NCBI GenBank assembly: GCA_963696565.1
Contig: CAVOKS010000013.1
Span: 7,513-71,512 of the forward strand
DNA: 64,000 nt
DNA from: an uncultured Acidobacteriota bacterium
Lineage (GTDB): Bacteria > Acidobacteriota > Terriglobia > Terriglobales > Acidobacteriaceae
Direction: 5' to 3'
Shown: piece by piece, positions 30,528 through 41,256 of the stretch
How the letters are laid out: each line of letters starts with the position of its first letter
How positions within the stretch are numbered: position 1 is the first letter of the stretch
Translations under genes and position numbers: made by a program
The notes under the pieces: model-generated
Databases searched by the model: none
Seen by the model: only the letters and a program-made list of their open reading frames with translations
Told to the model about the DNA's origin: nothing

Positions 30528-30556
30528 ATATTACATGGCGCCAATTGTTACGTCAA
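30528..30556 (-). promoter_or_regulatory. near-consensus sigma70 promoter for the riboswitch operon
   Basis: On the minus strand: TTGACG (30556..30551), a 17-nt spacer and TAATAT (30533..30528). A UGCUC-UUCG-GAGCA hairpin follows near the predicted 5' end. Confidence 0.55.
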
Positions 30557-30625
30557 GTCGCTGGAGTTCAGAATTCGGACAACTGGGCGAAACGCCGGTT
30601 TTACGCCAGATCACAATCGGAACTT

Positions 30626-31051
30626 TCACTCAGGAAGTCGAATGCTTCCATCCTCCGCGATTGGAAACGATGGGTTCCATGCGACCTCCCACAAAAATCC
30701 ATCCGGATCGGAAAAGTATCCCGAATAACCGCCCCAGAAAGCTTGCTCGGCGGGCTTTAGAATTCTCGCGCCCGCGACTTTCGCTTCGGCAAGAACTGCG
30801 TCTACTTCGTCACGAGTCCGGGCATTATATGCGAGCGCCATTCCGTTGAATCCCTGGCCATCGACGGCAATATTCGCATCCTTGGCCAGTTCACTGCGCG
30901 GGTACAAAGCCACAGCCATTCCGCCGGCCTGAAAAAAGACGATGCCTTCCTCGTTCGCCATCGACCGCCGCCATCCCAAGCGCTCATAGAATTCTCGACT
31001 GCGCTTTAGATCCGCCACGCCAAGCGTGATAAGGCTTACCCTTTGCTCCAC
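30626..31051 (-). CDS. VOC (glyoxalase/bleomycin-resistance fold) family protein
   Basis: ORF 30626..31255, with the start set at GTG 31051 after GGGAG (MEQRVSLITLGVADLKRSREFYERLGW...GYFSDPDGFLWEVAWNP). Confidence 0.75.
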   Translation of the reverse strand: MEQRVSLITLGVADLKRSREFYERLGWRRSMANEEGIVFFQAGGMAVALYPRSELAKDANIAVDGQGFNGMALAYNARTRDEVDAVLAEAKVAGARILKPAEQAFWGGYSGYFSDPDGFLWEVAWNPSFPIAEDGSIRLPE

Positions 31052-31083
31052 AGTACTCCCTCTGGACCTCGGATCTAACTCGC

Positions 31084-31453
31084 TCACTTCGCCTGCAAGG
31101 CCAACGCCGTAGGGTGTTTCGGTTGGTAGAGACCGAGATGTCCGCCGCCAGGAAGTTTGATTCTGGTGATCGATCCCCATCGCTCGTCTTTGAACATCGG
31201 AACAGGCCACGCCTTTCTTCTTCAGCGCGGACATCTCAGCACTTGAGATCGTCACACATCAGATAAAGTTCGTGCCGGTCATTTTTCTCGTCGGGCTTTC
31301 GTCGGGATGAAATGCGGCTTCCGCCGGAGGCAAGGCGAAAATCAGCCATCCGTGGCCTGCATCTACGGATTTGAATCCGAGAATATCTCTGAAGAAGGCG
31401 CGATCCGCCTCCGCGTCTTTGCTGTACACGATTACGTGAGCGCCGATGATCAT
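31084..31453 (-). pseudogene. second VOC family protein, two frameshifts
   Basis: MIIGAHVIVYSKDAEADRAFFRDILGF (ORF 31259..31453) continues to HELYLMCDDL and then SAEMSALKKKGVAC. It finishes as FKDERWGSITRIKLPGGGHLGLYQPKHPTALALQAK, with the stop at 31084..31086. Confidence 0.65.
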
Positions 31454-31541
31454 GTGCGAGTTTGTCCTTTCTCTTCGGAACTATTTTATCCGTATAGAAG
31501 CTTCCTCTCAGCCAGAAAGTCGCGATCACCCCGCCAGTGAC

Positions 31542-32363
31542 TCAATCTCGCTCACCGCATCCGATGGAGAGTGTCAGGTGGACGCTGGCGAGGTCCTGCT
31601 TCATGTGTTCGGCGTTCGAGGTACCGGTCAGCGGCAGCATCCCAACTGCGCGAGCGAAGCTGAAAATGACCTGTGCCGGAGTCGCGTTCGCGCGCGCGGC
31701 CAAGCCAGTAATCAAAGGATGATGCAGCACTTCCACATTCGCGGTGAGAAGCGAAAATCCCTGATAGATAATCTTCCGTTCCCTGCAGAACAGCCGCACA
31801 TCGCGGTCCCAACCGAAACGGGCGTAACAGCGGTTCTGGACAAATGCGGGACCCTCGACGTGGGCCACCCCCATCTGCTCAAGATGCCGCAACGAAACGT
31901 TGCTCACGCCGAGGAAACGAGTGCGGCCCGTATCGCGCTCCTTCCTCATCGCTTCCCAGACTTCGCTGTCAGCATCGGTCCAACCATAGCCCGAAGCGGG
32001 TCCGTGCAGCACGTAGCTGTCGACATGGTCAGTCCCAAGATGCTCGAGCGAACTGGCCATCGACTGCGCAACCTGATCTGAAAGGCTTGCGGCAGGATCG
32101 TAAGGCAGCCGGTGGTCCTGGCCTGGCTGATAAGTGAATTTTGTCTGCAAAAAGAGATCGGCTCGCGATACCACGCCCGCGCGATAAGCGGCGGCCAACC
32201 CCTGGCCTACTCCGGCCTCGAAGTAATGCCGCCGTTGGTTCGCCGTGTCGATGCCGCGAAAGCCCATCCGCAGAGCTAGTTCGGTCAGCGCGGGCGTGCG
32301 ATCTTCTTTCCAGGCGGTGCCATACAGAAAATCGGGGAGAGCTGAAGGCTGCTTCGTCGGCAT
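31542..32363 (-). CDS. aldo/keto reductase
   Basis: 273 aa with LYGTAWKEDRT, GFRGIDTANQRRHY and VDSYVLHGP. Confidence 0.9.
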   Translation of the reverse strand: MPTKQPSALPDFLYGTAWKEDRTPALTELALRMGFRGIDTANQRRHYFEAGVGQGLAAAYRAGVVSRADLFLQTKFTYQPGQDHRLPYDPAASLSDQVAQSMASSLEHLGTDHVDSYVLHGPASGYGWTDADSEVWEAMRKERDTGRTRFLGVSNVSLRHLEQMGVAHVEGPAFVQNRCYARFGWDRDVRLFCRERKIIYQGFSLLTANVEVLHHPLITGLAARANATPAQVIFSFARAVGMLPLTGTSNAEHMKQDLASVHLTLSIGCGERD

Positions 32364-32436
32364 TGCGTTATTCTGCCATGTCGGCTGCGGGTACAGTGGA
32401 ATTCAGAAAAAGAAACCGCTCAGCGATAATGCTGCG

Positions 32437-32922
32437 ATGAGGAGTGGATCTTTCATGTTTACGTTTAAGCCAATTGGACACGTCAGTAGTCCTTACCAAG
32501 ATACTTCGAGCATACCGAAAGGCCTTGGCGCAAAACACGAGGCCGAAGGCGTACTTGAAATCATGCCCGAATTTGAGCTCGGCCTCACCGATATCGAGGG
32601 CTTTTCGCATCTCTTCGTTATCTGGGCATTCCACCGCTCTGTGGATTTCGAATTGATGGGCACGCCGCCAATCGACAATCGACCGCACGGAGTGTTTGCG
32701 ACACGATCTCCGAGACGGCCCAACCCGATTGGCCTCACCGTGGTCGAATTGCTTCGCCGCGAGGGAAGGCTGCTGCACGTCCGAGGAGTTGACATGCTGG
32801 ATGGAAGTCCCATCCTCGACATTAAACCTTACCTCTCGAGCGTTCCGACCGAGGCGTTGCGCCGCGGATGGATCGCAGAAGCTGAAGCGCGCAAGCGCGG
32901 CGGGACCGACAACGTCGTCTGA
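32437..32922 (+). CDS. trmO: tRNA (N6-threonylcarbamoyladenosine(37)-N6)-methyltransferase TrmO (YaeB family)
   Basis: ORF 32245..32922. The real start is ATG 32437 or 32455 (MFTFKPIGHVSSPY). Motifs: FSHLFVIWAFH, RSPRRPNPIGLTVV, MLDGSPILDIKPY. Confidence 0.85.
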   Translation: MRSGSFMFTFKPIGHVSSPYQDTSSIPKGLGAKHEAEGVLEIMPEFELGLTDIEGFSHLFVIWAFHRSVDFELMGTPPIDNRPHGVFATRSPRRPNPIGLTVVELLRREGRLLHVRGVDMLDGSPILDIKPYLSSVPTEALRRGWIAEAEARKRGGTDNVV

Positions 32923-33012
32923 GTCAACGCGCGAAGTGCCTTCGGCTGGCTGGCCATTGGGTCAGTTAAGATTCAAATTCAGGCCAGCCAGCGGAAGCGT
33001 GATGGTCTCGAT

Positions 33013-34282
33013 CTAGCGTCGTACCCCTTGCGTGAGGCTGGCCAGCGTGACCTTCGCCTGATCCGAGCCTACGCTGTTCAAATCGGCAGACTCCCGCAGA
33101 TAGCGCTCTGCGGCCGCTTTGTCCCCGGATTTAAGAGCTATTTCACCAGCGTGACGGAACATCTTCGCGTCTCGGACACCAACCGCCAGAGCGGTTTCGA
33201 TTTGTTTTCTTGCGTCCTCGTATTGACCGTTCTGATATAGCGCCCAGGCGTAGGAGTCCAACGTGAACACATCGCGCCGGCGGGCGATTTCCCGTTGCGC
33301 TACTTCGAGCGCTTCTGCCGGCTGCCCGGCATAATCCGCGTAATAGAAGATCAACTCGTGATTGGAATTGTCTCCGCGATTGGTTTCGAGCAGAGATTTC
33401 TGTTCGAACTCGGCAAAGGCCTTGTTCGCATCGTCTGTCTTCCCGGCCAACTGCAGGGCTTGCGCAAGATCGTACAGATTCTCCGCGTGCGGCGCTGCGT
33501 CGTAACGCTGCTTTCAGCAGGACCACTGCTTCGTCGTACCGCTTCTGCTGAATTCTCACCTTCGCCAGATTACCGAGAGCGTAGTGATATCCGGGAAACA
33601 TGATGAGGGCTTGCTGCGACAACTTCTCGGCCTCGTCGATCTTTCCGATTGCCAGCTTCAGGTGGGCCATCTGAGTTACGATCCAGGCTCCGTCTTCGAC
33701 TTCGCCCGGCGGTGTTGATTGATACGCCATGTTCATAAGTTCCAGAGAGCCTTCTATGTCGCCGAACAATTCGCGAAGATACGCGGCTCGCGTCAAGCCG
33801 GGCGTGTTCCCTGGTTTGAGATCCAACATCCACTGAGCGGCCGTTTCTGCATCTTTGTAATTGCCCAGTTCTACATTCGCGTCGGTAAGGAAGCCGTAGA
33901 GCATTACATCATCAGGCATTTTCTGGTTGAGCTTCATCGCTGCATCCCGAGCTGCAGCGAACTCATGTTTTCCCAGCAGCAGCCAAACATGAATTCTCTC
34001 GCCATCAAAATTGTCCGGCGCGATGTCGAACGACTTCTGCAACGTCTCCTCGGCCTGAGCGTAGAATTTCACGTCAGAAGTCTCACGTGCCCGGCGCGAC
34101 AGTGCCAGAGCCAGCGCGTTGTAGGCCTCGAAATCTTTCGGGTTTTTCTCGATTAACTTTCTCGCCTGATCCATGCTGCGTTCAGCAGGAGAGAGCCTGG
34201 TTTCAGCAGGGGCGGACGGCGCTTGGGCAAATCCAGCAGCCGTGCCCAGGAGCAACAGTAGAAGAGCCGCAATTCGTTTCAT
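33013..34282 (-). pseudogene. secreted tetratricopeptide-repeat protein, one frameshift
   Basis: Starts at ATG 34282 (MKRIAALLLLLLGTAAGFAQA). Fragments are 33143..34312 and 33013..33450. The break is near 33510. It lies immediately downstream of the DUF4331 gene. Confidence 0.7.
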
Positions 34283-34384
34283 GACATTCCTCTCTTTAAT
34301 TGGTGAATCCAATTTTCGAACCTAATCTTTGAACTCTTCAGAAAAGATTCGTGACCGCCGCTTGGCAGCGGCCACGAAGCCAAG

Positions 34385-35876
34385 TTATTTCACCGGACAA
34401 ATATCATTGGGTTGGCCGGTGCAACCTTTCTGGCCGGGCCCAATGTGGTGGCTGTCACGCCCGTTGTGCGCTGGTTTCACCCACGGGAAGGTAGTGCCGT
34501 AGCCGACGTCGTTGAGTTGCACACCATCGCCGATGCGCGTGCCGTATTTCTGCGAGTCGACCAGGATGCCTCCTACGGCACGAGCGGCGATGTCTACGAC
34601 ATCGTCAATGGGCCGACGGCCATCCGGGAATCCAGCATCGTCTCCTACGAGGAAGCCGAGACGCTTTTGGTTGCCGATCGGGAGTTGGCGGAATTCCTGT
34701 GTTCAGGCGCAGAAAGTCCGCGACCGGACCGGCGTCGCCCTTCCGACAACCCGGACAGATTGGCGGCTCGTACTGGACCAGCAACAGCAGGTCATTGCGC
34801 GGCGGCGGCGGTACCGGAATCCCGATCGAAGCGAAGAGCTGCGCGAGCAGAGGATTGAGTACGAAGCTGGCAAACTGCTTGTCATTGATCGGGGCGTCGG
34901 TGCTGAACTTATCTTTGGAGCCGGTTCCAATAATCAGTTCATTGATCAGCGGGTTGCCTTCGCGGTTTACCTGCCGCCATTGGTTGCTGTCGGCGTCGGT
35001 TTGCCCTGCAACTCGCCGCACCGTGACGCGCTGGCGCGACGTAGCTCCGTAAGTCCCAATCACTGCGTCTTTGTCGTTTGCGTTGTGCCTCTTCCCGTCC
35101 ACCGTCAGCATCGTGATCGGAACTTCAAGCACAATGGAGTTCACATTGAAGCCGGCCACCGCATCAGGGGCGTAGTTGTGAGTGTCGTCGGCATCTTCCG
35201 CTTCAGGCAGCACGCCGCCAACCCCCATGCGGAAGTTGAGAGAGTCAAAGGCCGCGCCCAGGTCAATGAAGAACGGATCGTCCACCGTTCCTGCGAACAC
35301 TCGCACGTCATTGCCCAGGTCGAAGACTCCTTGTCTGAACAACTCGTCGTAGTGCGGCATGGTTTGTGGGCCGACATTCGAAGGCACTGCATAAAGGGTT
35401 TTTCCTTCACTTAGTACGGTCCGCACGCCGTTCTTGACCATCACCACCGAATAAGTTTGCCGAAGACTCAAGCCCTCGGAACCGTTGCCGGATAGCGAAG
35501 TGATGGGAGGAATGCCGGCGATGCCGCCCACAAAGCCTGTGAAAACGCCTGGCATGCGAATTTCGGTCTTGAAACGGAATTGGAAAGTGACATCAGGAAT
35601 TCCGTCTCGGTTGTTGTCGACGTGCATTTCGTACAGAACGTTGGGATCGAAAGGAAAATAGTTGGGTCCGTTCGAAGGTTCGAGGAACCCATCGACGTTG
35701 AGAATCATGCTCACGCGGTCGGGGTGGTCGTAGCTGACGAACGCATACCAGTCGGTCACGTCCGCGGCGTGGTCCAGGGCAGAGATAGGCGCTTCGCGGT
35801 GGCTGGACGCGAACAGGCTGGCCGGAACCAGCATGAACAGCGCCAAGGCGAAGGTCACCATCGTTCTTGGTTTCAT
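34385..35876 (-). pseudogene. DUF4331 domain-containing secreted protein, one frameshift
   Basis: A signal peptide is followed by the signature SSHREAP. ORF 34605..35876 breaks near 34680. The conserved tail PIGNQKRLGFLVGDDAGFPDGRRPIDDVVDIAARAV...GDGVQLNDVGYGTTFPWVKPAHNG continues in another frame to the stop at 34385..34387. Confidence 0.8.
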
Positions 35877-36021
35877 AAAGTTTTCCTCGGGGATTGAAAT
35901 TGGTGGACGTGGCCGCGTCGTGGGCTAGGCCACTGGGGCGGTGCGCCATGCCCCAGCGGTTTACGACCGGCTGCGTCTACTGGATCAAGTACGCGCAAAA
36001 TCGCAGATTGGATTTTTCGAT

Positions 36022-36110
36022 TAGGGCGGACACTCTCGTCCGCCGACGTTGGTCTTGATTTCTGATCTTTGAATAAGATCAACTGCTGCGTACAAGAGTG
36101 TCCACCACAG
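36022..36110. repeat. pair of inverted REP-like hairpin elements
   Basis: TAGGGCGGACACTCTCGTCCGCCG (36022..36045) is paired with the reverse-oriented GCGTACAAGAGTGTCCACCACAG (36088..36110). They belong to the same family as 45690..45803. Confidence 0.5.
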
Positions 36111-36113
36111 ACG

Positions 36114-36141
36114 AAAAAGGCGCTCCCCGATTGGGAGCGCC
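36114..36141 (-). terminator. intrinsic terminator of the fasciclin gene
   Basis: On the minus strand: GGCGCUCCC-AAUCG-GGGAGCGCC followed by UUUUU, 22 nt after the stop codon. Confidence 0.65.
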
Positions 36142-36162
36142 TGCACAGCCGGAACGACAATG

Positions 36163-36717
36163 TTAGTTTGGCAGAAGCACGGTATCCACTACCTGGATCA
36201 CGCCATTCGATTGGAAAACATTCGGGATCGTTACGGTGGAAAGGTCACCCTTTTCGTCCTTCAATACGATGTTTTTGCCTTGCATCATCGCGATCAGAGT
36301 GCCGCCGCTTACCGTCTTCAGCGTGGCTTGCCCGTGCCCAGCTTGGATTTCTTTCTTCAGATCCGAAGCGCTCAAACGGCCAGCCACGACGTGATACGTC
36401 AGCACCTTCGTCAACGCATCTTTGTTTTCGGGCTTCAGCAGATTGTCGACCGTGCCCGCGGGAAGTTTCGCAAAGGCTTCGTTGGTCGGAGCAAACACGG
36501 TGAAGGGACCGGGCCCTTTCAACGTATCAACCAGGCCTGCGGCCTTTACAGCGGCCACCAGCGTGGTATGATCCGCCGAATTAACGGCATTGTCGATGAT
36601 GTCTTTGGTGGGATACATTTCCTGCCCGCCGACCATGGGATTTTTGGAACCGGCCAGTGCAGAAGTGGCGGCGATGGCCATGATGCTAAGCAATAGAACT
36701 GCGATTTTCCTGTTCAT
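36163..36717 (-). CDS. fasciclin (FAS1) domain protein, secreted
   Basis: 184 aa with the signal MNRKIAVLLLSIMAIAATSALA. Motifs: TVFAPTNEAFAKLPAGTVDNLL, LTYHVV, VIQVVDTVLLP. Confidence 0.9.
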   Translation of the reverse strand: MNRKIAVLLLSIMAIAATSALAGSKNPMVGGQEMYPTKDIIDNAVNSADHTTLVAAVKAAGLVDTLKGPGPFTVFAPTNEAFAKLPAGTVDNLLKPENKDALTKVLTYHVVAGRLSASDLKKEIQAGHGQATLKTVSGGTLIAMMQGKNIVLKDEKGDLSTVTIPNVFQSNGVIQVVDTVLLPN

Positions 36718-36829
36718 CGTGTCTCCTTTGAATTTGAACTGCTTTCATGAGAGTACGTAGGATCGGCCAACTCGGATGTACAAGGGATGCGCACGTCGGT
36801 ATCAGTGACCTGAGATTCGCGCGGACGGG

Positions 36830-37751
36830 ATGAGGCCAGACTCAGTCTTAACCATGAACAAGCCTGCTGAGGCGGTTGCGAGAAGGAGTCTGGCAAGCCT
36901 GGTGCTGTGGGCGCTTCTAATGCTGTACGCCATCGCCCGGGTCTTGCAAATCTTTCCCGGCCAAGTTCCCATAGTCGCGGTCGTCGCGCTACATATTCTT
37001 CCGCCCATTGTCTTTGCCCTGATTCACGGCGCGATGTTCTACCGGATGGCGCGGCATCTTAGTCTTCTTTGCCATTTGCCTCGTGGTCGGGAACATCTTT
37101 GAGAACCTGGGCGTTCGCACCGGCTTTCCCTTCGGGAGTTATTACTTCACAGACCTGATGGGGCCAAAGCTTTTCGTCGTTCCCGTCCAGCTTGGACTTG
37201 CATATTTGGGCATGGCCTATCTTTCGTGGACGCTGGCTCGCGTGATTTTAGGAAACATGCGAAGTCCTGTTGCTGGGTCGCGCGTTGTGACTCTGCCTTT
37301 GGTCGCGGCATTCATCATGGTCGCCTGGGATTTTTCGCAAGATCCGGTCTGGTCGACTATCTTGCATCTTTGGATCTGGCGGAAGGGAGGAGCTTATTTC
37401 GGCGTGCCCGTGAGCAACTTCCTGGGTTGGTATCTCACGGTGTATGTCTTCTACCAGTTGTTCGCGTTCTATCTGCAAGGCCGATCGACGAACCCCGATC
37501 CTCTCCCTTCGAACTATTGGAATGTGCCGATTCTCTTTTACGCAATTTCCGCGGCGGGAAACATCCTGCTGGTTATTCCGAGGCCGATAGTCTCCGTAGT
37601 TTCCGATCCTGCCGGAGCACAGTGGAGGGTTACCGACATCACCCGCACCTGTGCATTAGTCTCCGTTTTCACTATGGGAGCATTCGCCGCGCTGGCGTGG
37701 GTAAGACTCGCCAATGAGAAGGCTGAAGCTGGAGAATTGCGGCGAAGCTAA
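36830..37751 (+). pseudogene. carotenoid-biosynthesis-like membrane protein (DUF422 family), one frameshift
   Basis: Fragments are 36830..37102 and 37083..37751. Motif: NLGVRTGFPFGSYYFTDLMGPKLFVVP...FSQDPVWST. The break is near 37045..37085. The family call is by resemblance. Confidence 0.55.
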
Positions 37752-37912
37752 TTCTGCACCCCGGGCGGCATGGCATTATTCAGACCGTCCCCACTGTTCT
37801 TTGCGCAACATGGACACGTGACCACGGCATTCTTGTCCGCCATTTCCCTTAAGAATGCCGTAAAAGTCTGCCCGCAGTTCTTGCAAAGCACTTCGATTGT
37901 CGGTTCGCCCAT
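37748..37912 (-). CDS. 54-aa zinc-ribbon protein (below the 60-aa cut-off of the ORF track)
   Basis: GGAGA-N3-ATG at 37912. Translation: MGEPTIEVLCKNCGQTFTAFLREMADKNAVVTCPCCAKNSGDGLNNAMPPGVQN, with CxxC...CxCC. The stop is at 37748..37750. Confidence 0.4.
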   Translation of the reverse strand: MGEPTIEVLCKNCGQTFTAFLREMADKNAVVTCPCCAKNSGDGLNNAMPPGVQN

Positions 37913-38021
37913 TGTCTCCGATCCTGATTGGTCTCTTGACGCGACTGCTAGTGTCGCCTAACAACTGGCCACATTGGATGCCAGAACACCGTAACGAATT
38001 CTAGAATTTCAACTACACTAA

Positions 38022-41000
38022 ATGTTTTCACGGGTGAGGACCAACCAGGTGCAAATCAATAAGGTGCAAGAGTGTGCCGTTAGATTTCAATGTCTGCTTA
38101 TGATTTTCCTTTCGTTCGTTGTGCTTACATCCGCCGCTGCCCAGACTGTTCCTCCTGAACTGTATAGCGGGCTCAAATGGCGCCTGATCGGCCCATTTCG
38201 CGGCGGCCGAGTCGTCGCCGTGGCAGGGCTTCCCGGAAGCTCGACTACTTTTATTTTGGTTCGGTCGATGGCGGAGATTTGGAAAACCACCGACGCGGGC
38301 ATGGTGTGGAAGCCAATCTTCGATGGACAACCGATCGCTTCGATCGGCGCGCTCGCCGTGGCGCCGTCCGATCCCAAAGTTATTTACGCGGGTACGGGAG
38401 AGTCCGACATTCGCTCCAATCTGTCATCCGGCGACGGCGTTTATAAATCGACGGATGGCGGACAGACCTGGAACAACATGGGCTTGCGCGATTCGCGCCA
38501 GATCAGCAAGATCGTTGTCGATCCGCAAAATGCCAACATCGTCTACGTCGCTGCTTTCGGGCACGCATACGCACCGAACGACGAGCGCGGTGTCTACAAG
38601 TCAACCGACGGCGGCGCGACTTGGACAAAAGTTCTGGATCAAGGTCCGGACATCGGCGTTTCGGATCTGGCCATTGCCACGGAAGACCCGAAGATTCTTT
38701 TCGCCACCACATGGCGAAGCCACCGTCCGCCATGGAGCACCTACGCTCCGCTCGACGGGCCGGGCAGCGGCCTCTTCCGCTCCGCAGGACAGCGGCCAAT
38801 CGTGGTCGCGTCTCACCGGCAATGGATTGCCTGAAGGAGACTGGGGCCGCACGGCCGTTGCCGTTTCGCCCAACGGCAAGCGCGTGTACGCGCTTATCAG
38901 CGCTTCCAAGAAACCAGGACTCTATCGCTCCGACGATGGAGGAAATACCTGGACACTGCAGAACGAAGACCGCCGGCTCACCAGCCGCGCCTGGTATTTC
39001 GGAAACATCACGGTCGATCCGAATAATCCGGACGTGATTTACATGCCCAACGTCGCGCTCTATCGCTCCGAAGATGGCGGCAAAACGATTTCAATAGTGC
39101 GCGGCGCGCCCGGCGGAGACGATTACCACCAGATCTGGATCGATCCCAAAGATTCTTCGCGAATGATTCTCGGCACCGATCAGGGCGCGACCATCAGTCT
39201 GGATTACGGCCAGACCTGGAGCACCTGGTACAACCAGCCCACCGGGCAGTTCTATCACGTCATCACAGACGATCAGTTTCCCTACACGGTTTACGGCACG
39301 CAGCAGGACAGCGGCAGCGCCGCGGTTCGCAGCCGTGGCGACGCCGGACAGATCACGCCTCGCGACTGGTTTCTCGCCAGCGGCAGCGAGAGCGGATACA
39401 TCGCGCCCGATCCGAAGGATCCGAACATCCTTTACGCCAGCGGAACCTACGGAGACGTCACGCGTTTCGACATTCGTACTTCGTTCAGCCAGGACATTAC
39501 TCCGTGGCCAATGTCGAACTTTTGGCAGTGAAATTAACTCGCGCAAGTATCGCGATCCGTGGACGCCGGTGCTGGTGATATCTCCGTTCGACAAGAAAAC
39601 ACTTTATCTGGGTACGCAATACGTGATGAAGACGCTCGATGGTGGCCTGCATTGGGAAACCATCAGTCCTGATCTGACCGGAGCGACGCAGCGCCCGGCG
39701 ATAAGAAGCCCGAAGGGCCACCCACGGTGGAGAACGCAAAGGAGCGAGGCTACGGCGTTGTCTACACGATTGCGCCTTCGAGCTTGAACGGAAGTTTGAT
39801 CTGGGCAGGCAGCGACACAGGACTCATCCACATTACGCGCGACGGCGGCAAAACATGGAAAGATGTCACGCCCAGCGGCCTCGAGGACTGGAGCAAGATC
39901 TCGTTGATAGAGGCTTCGCACTTCGATCCCGCAGAAGCCTATGCGGCCGTTGATCGGCATCGCCTCGACGACCAGAAACCGTATCTTTATCGCACTCGCG
40001 ATTACGGCGCGACCTGGCAGTTGATCACAGACGGCATCGGCGCGTCCTCGTTCTTGCGGGCTATCCGCGAAGATCCACAAACTCGGGCTTGCTCTTTGCC
40101 GGAACCGAACTTGGCGTTTATGTTTCATTCGACGACGGCGACCACTGGCAATCGCTGCAGTTGAATCTTCCTACCGTTTCGATCCACGATCTGGACATTC
40201 ACGGAGACGACCTGGTCGTCGCCACCCACGGGCGTGCGTTTTGGATTCTCGATAACATCACGCCATTGCGACAGGCGCATGATGCCGTGAAAGCGGGCGG
40301 CGCATATCTCTACCGGCCAGCCACGGCCGTCCGCGTCGATAATGATGACTTCGTGTCCACTCCGATACCGCCGGAGGAACCTACCGCGAACAATCCGCCC
40401 AATGGCGCCGTCGTTGACTACTACCTCAACGCCACTGCGGCACACATCAAGCTCGATATTCTTGACTCAGCACAGACTCTTGTTCAGAGCTTCTTCCTCC
40501 GACGATCCAAGAGTGCAGCACCCTCCTCGGCCCATCGCCGAGCGCTGGTTTCCGAAACCGGAGATTCTTGGAACCACTCCCGGCATGCATCGTTTCGTGT
40601 GGAACCTCGCCTGGGGCAACTCCGGCCCCAAGCCTGCGAGTCAACCCGCCGGAGACGAGTATCGATCCCCTCGCGGCCCACGCGCGGTTCCAGGCGCTTA
40701 TCAAGTGCGTCTCACCATCGACGGAAAGACTCTGACGCAACCGTTAAAGATCGTGATGGACCCGCGGTCCCCCGCGACTGCTCGCGACCTCGAACAACAA
40801 CTCCAGTTGGGCCGACAGATTTTTGCCGAGGCCACTTCCAGCCGGCAATCTCTGGCAGAGATCAGGTCGGTGCAGAAACAGTTGTCCGACCTTGAACAAA
40901 AGCTCGACAGTCATCAGGCTCAGCTGAAGTCGGCAACCTCACAACTCGAAGCTGAAATTCGCAAGATCCTGGCGGGCAGTGAAGATCCCGCGAACAAAAC

Positions 41001-41256
41001 ACTCGGACTGGAGACCGTCAGCTCAGGGCTAACTTCCGCCCTGGCCGTGGTCGAGAGCAGCGATCGCGCTGTGCCTTCGCAAGCTATTGCCCTTTACCAT
41101 GAATCGAGCGAAGCTTTGAAGCTGCGTCTCGCGGATTGGAATCACGTCAAGACAAACTGGCTGCCGCAACTCAACTTTCACTTGCGTGAGGGAAACCTCG
41201 CGCCGATTGTGCTCGCTGGGATGGCCGAACTTTCCGAAAACGCTGACACTGATTGA
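38022..41256 (+). pseudogene. BNR/Asp-box repeat, sortilin/VPS10-like secreted protein, multiply frameshifted
   Basis: Fragments are 38022..38834, 38323..39531, 39335..39787, 39727..40164, 40089..40895 and 40342..41256. Repeated S.DGG.TW Asp-boxes are present (YKSTDGGQTW, YKSTDGGATW, YRSDDGGNTW, YRSEDGGKT, TRDGGKTW, SFDDGDHW). There are at least 6 breaks, including a compensating pair near 38248 and 38275. Confidence 0.8.
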
